From Lama glama (taxonomy: Eukaryota), in NCBI GenBank assembly GCA_028534125.1, contig CM052817.1:66590001-66654000 (forward strand): DNA of 64,000 nt, given 5' to 3'. A program made the position numbers and the translations under genes. Under the pieces are notes generated by a model that saw nothing but the letters and a program-made list of their open reading frames with translations, did no database searches and was not told the origin of the DNA. Positions 54,505 to 64,000 of the stretch are shown here, one piece after another (position 1 is the stretch's first letter; every line of letters starts with the position of its first letter).

Positions 54505-56639
54505 AATTAGCCCTAAAATTCTTGTCACTGCCGTCATTAAGTGCTGTTGTTTGCATCCTTTAATCATACACTCTGTTGTTACTTAGAAAATTAAGATATT
54601 TCTGTGATACGACCCATTCCTCTGCCTTATTGGCTCTTAAGTCAATTTGAGGACCAGAATGGCAATTTTGAAAAATCTAATGATTTTCAAACCAAATGAA
54701 GTAGTTCCTCTCATTTCTTTTTTTCATATGTCTTCTGACCTTACATCAATAAGATCACATGAATTCCCATACTGAGTCAGACCCATGGTCATTTCAGCCA
54801 AAAATCTTATCCCTGGCAAAAATGAGTCACTTCTATTGTTTCTCCATTTTTCTTAAAGAAAAATAATAGAGCTATTATAAGAATTGCTATTTTTAAAATA
54901 GATGATTCTGTCTAATGTGCATAAAGATGAATATGCATTTACCAAAAAATTGAATATTTTTCTTGAATTCCAATGAATCCCAATGAAAAATACAAAGTAT
55001 TAAAATTTAGTTTTAAAGAAAGATTTCTAAAACAGTTTTGAAAGTTATAATAGAAGAGAAGATAAAATAGGTACTTTTGAACGAAAGTAAACAGTGAAAC
55101 AGTAGTGACTCCATTTACTCAGTTTTGTAATTCCAGGTCAAAAAAATGATGGGCTTTATTTTTAGAATCACAACATTTTAAAGCAGAGAATCCCTCTAAG
55201 GTCACACAACTCAGCCCAGTCATTTTACAACTGAGAAAACAGACCTAAGAAATATTCCAGTGAACAGAATAGACCAAATCCCTGCCTTCATAATATTAAA
55301 CTCTAGGGGGAGAGATATCAACCTATAAATTCTATAGGTATGAATACATACGATAATGTATACCACGTGCCTGGAATATAGTAAGTACTAAATATTATTG
55401 TTACTCCTTGTAGACAGTCCTCTTGTCTAACTTTTCTCCCAATGTTTTTGCTCCGAAGTATTCTTGACATGTAGACTTAGCGCCTGATTAAATACTTACA
55501 GGTTTAGAGAGCTTCCAAGGCAGGTAAAAAGCTTCTTTTTGGTTATATTGTTTAAATATGCTGAATGAATTCAGATGATAATGACCATAAATTCTTACAG
55601 TTTATTCTATTTCTTTCCAATTAAAAAAAATTATAATGGCTTGACCACAATAAAAATGTCATTATGTTTCATTAATTTTCTTATTTAATGACCCAGAACA
55701 CAGAATTCTGCTTAAAATATCTTTCCTATTGAAATACAGACTTAGATGCAATACATTCCTTGGAAACACTGAAATTTATGTCACATCTAACTGACATCAC
55801 CAAATTTCAAAAACTGAGATACTGTGACATTTGTTTTTATCAGTGTGATGAATCATTGTTCCTTCAAGGTTTAGCTTTCTTAATGCAAATTTGGTAGCTA
55901 TCACTTGGCAAAGAGGCTGGTGTATAATTATGTTTGGAATAACACATGTCTTTTGCATCTTATTATCTTTTTGGTGAATCATCAGAGTATAGGACATGCA
56001 AAAGGAATCAGTAATGAAAATATTGGGCACAATCAGTTTTGTAAAATGAAAACTCAGTATACCTGTGACATATGAGACAAGAAGAAATAAAGTACATGTT
56101 TGCAAGATAATAGCCAATGTAAAAATCTTATCTTTGAAAAAAATGATAACATTGATGTATCTCTCTGTAGCAAAGGCTGTTTTAAAAAGAAAAACAAAAA
56201 GACTGCCTGTGGTAGCATTTAAAGTTGTATAGGTTTTTGGCCACGTAAAGTTAATTTGTATAAATTATTTCAAAGGAAGCCAATAAAGCTGTGGGTATAA
56301 TCCAGAAAGACAAAGAACAGTAAACAACCCTTTATTGTTCTGAGTAGGAAAACTACCTGGCTCTTATTGAAAAGCTCCAAATGACTCACACTGCTATTAA
56401 ATGTTTCCTTTTCATAGAGTCAATTATCAGCATTTTTAAAGAATAAGTTGTTTTCAAGAAGACATCAAAGCTGAGAGAAAATCGTAGAGAAAGTCAATAA
56501 ACGATGTAAAATGTGCTACTTCAGTTAGGTCATTAAAACAAAATCTCATTTGTCAAAATGATTTTGATTGCTGCCTTCTTAGGGGCTTCTAATGTATATA
56601 TTTACATATATGTAAATTATATTATGTAAATATATAAGT

Positions 56640-57825
56640 AAACATACGTATTTTGATGAAAATTGCCAGATTGCCCTCCATACCTGACGCAGTTATTCAT
56701 TTCTTTACAAGTCAGTGGAGAAGAGTCACTCATTTTCTTGCTATGAATGATCAACTTCTAGAATTTTGCCATTTTCATAGAGGTAGAGGGGTATCTCTCT
56801 TCTCTTATTATGAATAAGATTTAACATTTTTTCATATGTTGTCAAAGAGTTGTGTGTCATTTTCTATAAAAACTTAATATTCTTTGTCCTTTTTGCTGTT
56901 GTTGCTGGACTGTTATCATCTAGATTTTCAGGAAAACTAGCACTTTATCTGTAATATAAATTGTTAAAAGTTTTTCCCAGTGTCTCTTTGTCATTTAAGT
57001 TTACTTAATATTTTTGTCTATGAAGTAATTTAACATTTTTGTGTTGCTAAATTCATCAATCATTTCTCTTTGTTGTTTATAGATATTGTATCAATGTTAG
57101 ATTATTGAAGAGATTATTTTAAAAAGCTACCATCTTTCTCTCATAACTTTCAAGTTTATGTGTAGATCATTTATCTACTTGGAATTTATCATGGTTTAAG
57201 GAGTGAAGTTCAGATCTATTAGGGTTTTTTTCCAAATGGATACCTAATAGTCCCAACAATTCCTAGTTCATTTTTTCCCGCTGATTTACTGTGCCACCAC
57301 TTGCACGCAATAAATATCCGTGTGTAGTCTGGTCAGTTTCTGTACTTTTTGTTGTTGTTCTGTTCTATTGCCCTCTCTTTCTATTCATAAGTGACTCATT
57401 ATGTGTACTGATCTGATAAGACTATTTCCCCTCCTTCCATTGCTCTTTTTTTTTGAAAATTTTGTTGAATGTTCTTATTAATTTTTTCTTCCAACCTTTA
57501 GAAAAACCTTGTGTGATTCTGAAAAGTAAAGTACTAATGAGATTGCTTTTATTTATAAATGAATTTAAGAGATAATTGACATCCTTATGATGTTAAGTCT
57601 TCCTCTAAAAACCAGAGTATGTCATTCCATTTATCGTCATGTTTTCTTTCATGCCTTAAGGATAGTTTTATATTTTTCTTTGTTTTGCTCATTTTTGTTA
57701 AGTTTATTCCTCAGCAACTGTTTGTTTGTTGCTGTTATAAATTCTGTCTTCATCTATATATTATGACAAGTTATTTATATTTAATAGCGGCAAGCCATTT
57801 ATGTGTATTGACACTGATACCTTAC
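56640..57825 (-). mobile_element. Old L1 (L1ME/L1MC-like) ORF2 3' part; continues at 60261-60432
   Basis: ttgccagattgccctcca…tttttccaaatggatacctaatagtcccaaca…aattgacatccttatgatgttaagtcttcct. Confidence 0.8.
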
Positions 57826-57828
57826 TTA

Positions 57829-60260
57829 TTTTTTTCAGCTTTATTGAGGTATAGTTGACAAAACTGTAATATATTTAAAGTGTACAACGTGATGATTTGA
57901 TATATACTTGCACTGTGGAAGGATTCTGACAATCCCGCTAATTAACACATCTGTTCCCTCACATATTTACTTTCCATGTCTGTGAGAGCACAGAAGATCT
58001 ACTCTCTTAGCAAGTGTAAATTGTACTATACAGTATTAGCAATTATGGTCACCATGTTATACATTAGACCCTCAGACCTTATTCATCTCTTAACTGAAAG
58101 TTTGTACACTTTTACCAACTCCTCTTCATTCTCCCTACAGCTCCCAGCTCCTGGCAACTATTGCTCTACTCTGTTTCTATGAACTCCACTTTGTTTTTGG
58201 ATTCCTTATAAGTGATTCTGTGCAGCATTTGTCCTTATCTATCTGACTTATCTCACTTACCATAATGCCTTTAAGTTCATTCATGTTGTCACAAATGATG
58301 AGATTTCTTTCTTTTTTAAGGCTAAATAATATTCTAGGTGTATGTCACATGTAGATTGTCTTCACACCTTGCATATCATGAATAATGCTGTAATGAACCT
58401 GAGAGTGCAGATATCTCTTCAGATGATGATGACATGATGACAATGATTTCTTTCCTTTGGATATACACCCAAAAGTGAGATTACTGAATCACGTAGCAGT
58501 TCTACTTTTCATTTCTTGAGCAACCTCCATACTGCTCTCCATAGTGGCTGTGCCAGCTTACATTCCCACCAGCAGTGCACAAGCGTTCCCTTTTCTCCAC
58601 ATCCTTCCCAGCATTTGTTATTTTTGTCTTTGTAATAATTGACATCCTAACAGGTATAAAGTAATATGTTATTAGGGTTTTGGATTGCTTTCCCTGATAA
58701 TTGGTAATGTTGAGCATCTATCTTTCCATGCACCTATTCACCATTTGTATGTCTTCTTCAGAAAAATGTCTGTTAGGTCCTTTGCCCATTTTTAAATTCA
58801 GTTATTTGGTTCTTTTGCTATTGAGTTGTATGAGTCCCTTGAATATTTTGGATATTAACCCCTTATTGGATACGTAGTTTGCACAGATTTTCTTCTTTTC
58901 CGTAGGTTGCCTTTTCATTTTGTCGATTGTTTCTTTTGCTATACAGAAGCTGTTTAATTTGATGTAGTGCCTTGTTTATTTCTGCTTTTATTGCCTTTGC
59001 TTTTGGTGTCAAATCCAAAAACTCATTGCTAAGACCAGTTTTGAGGAGCTTACTCTCTGTTTTCTCCAGGAGTTTGTATGGTTTCAAATCTTACATTCAA
59101 GTCTTTAATTCATTTTGAGATGATTTTTGTGTATGATGTGAGACAGCAATTCAATTTCATTATTCTGTGTGTAGATACCCAGTTTTCCCAACACCATTTA
59201 TTGAAGAGACTATCCTTTCCCTCATTGTATATTCTTTGTACTTTTGTCAAGAATTAATTGATCATATATGCATGGATTTATTTCTGGGCTCTCTATTTGG
59301 TTACATTGATCAATGTATCTGATTTTATGCCAGTAACATACTGTTTTGATTACTCTAGCTTTGTAATATAGTTTGAAATCAGAAGTGTGATGCCTATAGC
59401 TTTGTTCTTTTTCAAGATTTCTTTGGCCATTAAGAGTATTTTGTGGTTCCATAAAAGTTTTTACATTGTTTTTCTATTTCTGTGAAAAATTCATTAGGAT
59501 TTTGGTAGGTATTGCATTGAATCTGTGAATCATTTAAGATGATATGGACATTATAACAATATTAATTCTTCCAATCCATGAACACATAATATCTTTCAGT
59601 TTATTTGTGTGATCTTCAGTTTCTTTCATCAGCATTTTAGAGTTTTCAGTGTAGAGATCTTTCACATCCTTGGTTAAATTCATTCCTGTATATTTTATCT
59701 TTTTTGATATTGTTGTAAATAGGATTGTTTTCTCAATTTCTATTTCTAATAGTTTGTTATTAGTGTATTGAAATTCAGCAGTTTTTTGTATAATGATTTT
59801 GTATCATGCAACTTTGACTGAACTCGTTGATTAATTCTAACAGTTTTTTTGGTGGAGTGTTTAGGGTTTTTCTATACATAGTGTGTTATCTGCAAATAGT
59901 GACAGTTTTACTTCTTCCTTTCCAGTATGAAGGCCTTTTATTTGTTTTTCTTACCTAATTGTTCTGACTAGGAATTCCAGTACTATGTTGAATAAAAATG
60001 GTGAGACAGTGGGCATCCTTGTCTTACTCCTGATTTAAAGGAAAAGCTTTCAGCTTTTTACCATTGAGCATGATGTTAGATGTGGGTTTGTCATAAATGG
60101 CCTTTATTATGTTGAGATTTATCCCATCTACTTCTAATTTGTTGAGCATTTTTATCACAAAAGGATGTTGAATTTTTTCTAATGCTTTTCTGTATCTATT
60201 GAAATGATCATGGTTTTTATCCTTCATCTTGTTAATGTGGTATATCACATTTATTGACTT
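57829..60260 (-). mobile_element. L1MA9-like L1, 5'-truncated (RT to 3' UTR), nested in an older L1
   Basis: 3' end tttcagctttattgaggtatagttgaca…aaagtgtacaacgtgatgatttga. ORF2 remnants [34 protein letters not shown]…YWHK and EFLDLTPKAKAIKA. Confidence 0.95.
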
Positions 60261-60432
60261 TATCTTGGGGTGTTTTATCAAGACTGCATATTCAGTTTTG
60301 TCAAATACCTTTTTAGGATCAATGGAAAGAAGCATATTATTTTTCTCTTTAGAATAATTAGTCTAACCAATGACTGGATTTAATATCATTGAACTATTTT
60401 TGTGTTCCTGGATTAAACTCTCTGGGTCATGC
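60261..60432 (-). mobile_element. Old L1 ORF2 fragment (host remnant)
   Basis: Minus-strand translation [10 protein letters not shown] resembles [10 protein letters not shown]; tttttgtgttcctggattaaactc…ggtcatg. Confidence 0.65.
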
Positions 60433-61479
60433 TAGGGAGACAGGGAAAATGATGAGTTACACAGCCCTGAACCAGTATATTTAAGTATACTTTTTAAAGA
60501 TAGGTTTTTAACAACCCATATAAGTTGGCACTGATGGTCTATGACACTGGCCAATTTTCTTTTAGAAGTAAAAGTTGTTAGACCTTTTAGTTATTTGAAA
60601 TTTCTACCATTTGTAAAGTCTAATAAAGAATTGAATTTCTATCGACTGTGCTATTTATTACACCTAAAGTATCCTTCAGCCAAATAGGTACGCATTTACT
60701 TTGTGATTAACAAGTATGATTTATTTTAAATGCTAGATTTCCTTTAACCAAAATTGTGAGTGATGAATTACTTTATAAAGCAATTTTTCATTCAAAAAAA
60801 GTACTTACTACATATTCATAAAATATGGAACTCCTGTCACACATTTGGATTATCATGATTTAATTCTAGTGTTTCAAGAACATACCGTTACTACGTAAAG
60901 AAACAGTTGTATTATATTACATTAAACTGATAAATATATTCAACAAATGTAATCATGAAATTTGATTTAAATACACCTCCCAAGCAATGTAACAAATAAT
61001 ATCAATTTTATATAGTCAATAATCTTATTTTGAGGTTACTTATATGTATAGGCATAAAACTTCATCAGAACTATGTAGAGGCTTTCTCAAAAATTAATCT
61101 TCTCAAATAATGAAAACCTGGGATTGAACAATTCTCTGACAGTGATTTCTAGAGATTTTATTTTAACTTTACTTTTATTATGTTCTCTTCCAAGACATAC
61201 TGTAAATATTCTGCAACAAACTGATTTGGCTCCACATTTTAAGTTTTTTTTTTACTTATTCTTGACTAGTAATGGAAATATCACTGATATATCTTAAAAA
61301 TTTTCTTCACATTAAGTGGAAAACCAAGTTATAGATAATCTGAAGTTAGAACTGGTTTCTTTTAATTTTAAAATACACTTTTAGCACCTCTTCTCAAACA
61401 TAGTACTTACATTTAACCATGTTATATGTTAGGGAAAACTACATAAAATGTGTGGAAATCTTTTAGAAGTCATTAGCAA

Positions 61480-61710
61480 TTTAGTGTAATGTTCAAAAGA
61501 TCAGACTCAGCAGCCATACTGCCTGGATTTGAATCTATACTTAGTAGCTTTTATGACTTTATATACTATTAAATCTTTGTATCCGAATTTCCTTACCCAT
61601 AAAATGGTACCTTCCACAATGTATTCAAAACAAATTTAGGAGAGGATAAAATGAGTTAAAATATGTAAAGTACTTGCAACAGTGCCTGGCACAGAGTGGT
61701 AGCTGCTACA
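61480..61710 (+). mobile_element. MIR SINE
   Basis: actgcctggatttgaatc…aggataaaatgagttaaaatatgtaaagtacttgcaacagtgcctggcacagagt. Confidence 0.88.
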
Positions 61711-63587
61711 GTTTTAGGACCACCTCCAGATAATTAGAGGCTTCCTAATTTTACAAGACCAGATTATGAATAACAAATCTATCTGAAACGTAGCATAGTC
61801 TTCACAGATATTTAAAAGCTAACCATGAGATTAAAGAAAGTAGGTAGATCTGATTTAAGACTTCCCACCAAAAAGAATTTTTGGAAGAAGGAAAGAAAAA
61901 GGCTTTGGATATATCACACAGAAGGGAATTATTTAGCTTGAAGCATTAAATTTGTCAGTGCTTCAAAGCCTCCTCAAATTATCTTACTCGCTTTCAATAT
62001 TATTTGAATTCATTGGCCAACAAGTAACCCAAATATCACATTGGACATAATTACTGTTTGGCATAGGCATAGTAGAGAAGAGAGATACTCAGAGGATAAT
62101 ATAAAAGCCCAAATTACTTGAGAAATAAAATTACATAGTCAGCCATGTTTCCAGTATATTAAATCACAGTGATGCTTACAGTAGATAAGGGGAATGTGTA
62201 GCTGCACCAAACTATCCTGACATCAGATGTGAAGCACACCCCGTCTCAGTGAGTGAAGAATTTCATTTATGTCACAAGAAACTTAGATATTTATTAGTCA
62301 TAATTTTACTGAAATGTTGTGTCCAGTTTAAAGTGCCAAATTACAGGACGCAAAAGACCTGAGACAGCTGGACAAAGAGGAATAAAAAAATTAAGAAATC
62401 TTTAGAAAAGAGGTCCTAAAAGGAGTTAAGGATTGTGATAGTTAATTCACAAAATACAGGTCAAGAGCAATATCATCCGTCGTTTAAGAATATGGTGGAA
62501 TTTTATGAAAATGACACTAAGCAGTTGTGCTCTGTGTATGTAACGTAGCTATACCCAGCTTCAAGGCCACTAGCTTATCAGGAAATCCCCTGTGATGAAA
62601 TTTTCCCATCCAGAAAACAGAGATAGTATTTAGTTTACCACTAACCTCTCAAAATTTCTGTACACATAGCCTGCAATTTGAAGGGAAGGTATTGTATAAC
62701 TAAGGGATGTTATTATGACTTCCATTGATAGTTTTATAGAAAAACAGTAATTCTTAAGAAACCAATCATTAAAGACAGAATTTCAAATAGATCTAAGAAC
62801 AAACGTGCTGATTATCGCTGTGCTAAACATGAAAGGGAGATTCTAGGGGGAGGACAAAACACCATTTCATTCTGAGACCTTTAAAAACAGAAAGAAACTA
62901 TTATCTTAGGTTAAGTATCTCTCTGTGCGAGAAATGGAAGGGTAGAGCAAGATCCTTTGAGTATCTTAGCAGTTATGAGATCATGTGATCATGAACGTAG
63001 CCTGAAGTGACAACTACTAGGAAGGGTGACAACCTCTAGCAATCGTTGAGCTGATGAAGAATAGAGCCCCAGGTGTGCCCACATACACAAGCCAACATTG
63101 TCTTTTGTTTTGAAATTTGTTACCACTTAATATTATTAAATTCCCACAGCAGGAATTCATGCTATTGGAGAAAGGGTGTTAAACTGTGACTTGTGAGCTG
63201 AAAATGAGTGCTGCTTGCTAACGTTACTGTAGCATCACTGCTATATTAGTTGACTTTATACCACAAACAGGTTTTTAAACTGTTGCATGTAAGAACACTG
63301 GCATGTGAAATCCTGTGCTTCCATTCATGTTTATTAGCAGTAAAGAAATCTTCCAGTATGAAAATGAAATGAAATGATGTTTCAAGTAAAAAACTGTTCA
63401 ACAAACAACAGAAGATTTCCTGGTCCTGACATTAATTATAATAGCATTTACCTCTAGCAAAATAAATCTAGGTATATTTTGTGCATTTATTAAAGATTTT
63501 ATCTTGTCAGATTTCAAAAGACTTCAGACCGCTTGCCAGGAATCAAGGAGACATTCAAGCATCAGAGTATATCTAAAAGCATTAGAT

Positions 63588-63745
63588 GCATTTATTCCTT
63601 CATTCATTTATTCCTTCATTCATCTGCAAATATTTCATTCAACAAGTATTTGTTTACTATCTACCAATCTCTGTGATGGGGAGCTAGGGATATAAAGGAG
63701 AATAAAGTATGATCCCTCCCTTCAAGAAACTCAAAACTCTCTGTA
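63588..63745 (-). mobile_element. L2 3' end with (TTCA)n tail
   Basis: ttcattcatttattccttcattca…ttcattcaacaagtatttg…ctaggggatata…tccctcccttcaagaaactca. Confidence 0.8.
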
Positions 63746-64000
63746 TTACAGACCCATACACAAGTAATTTAAAATGTTCCAATAAATGTATATGTAAAAG
63801 CTGAGATGTGTGAGAAGGGCTCAAGTAAAAGTATGTATAAGGTGCTGTGGGACCCCTGAGGCAGATGTTTTGGACACTCAAGTCACGCATGTCCTTATAA
63901 TTGAACTTAAGTTTTAGACAACAGAAACAAATGGTACTGATGCATGGACTAGACCTTTCTAATTGCATTCCTGATAACTTCCTAAATAAACCGAATGGCC

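Overview
This is AT-rich, repeat-laden mammalian genomic DNA. It is most likely from a camelid, because it carries a Vic-1-type tRNA-Ala SINE and a relatively young L1 with an artiodactyl/camelid-style 3' end. The window is essentially non-coding. The only credible coding sequence is a candidate short terminal exon at 2783-2879 (+), with a good acceptor, tandem stops and a nearby AATAAA; I could not identify the gene. The rest is intergenic or intronic DNA with L1 (three age classes), L2, L3/CR1, MIR, MaLR/ERVL/ERV1 solo LTRs, a MER96B-like DNA transposon, microsatellites and a few non-repetitive enhancer-like stretches. The ORF-track entries I could recognise are broken L1 ORF2 pieces or their antisense shadows; the others look like chance ORFs. 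I found no rRNA, functional tRNA, CRISPR array or novel multi-gene system. The most interesting items are the orphan terminal exon, a 95-bp retroposed insert of unknown family with a CpG-decayed target-site duplication (TSD), a three-tier transposon nest, a dispersed short duplication and a minus-strand bias of L1/LTR elements. Repeat subfamily names come from recalled consensus similarity, not from a search. Boundaries of old repeats are approximate.
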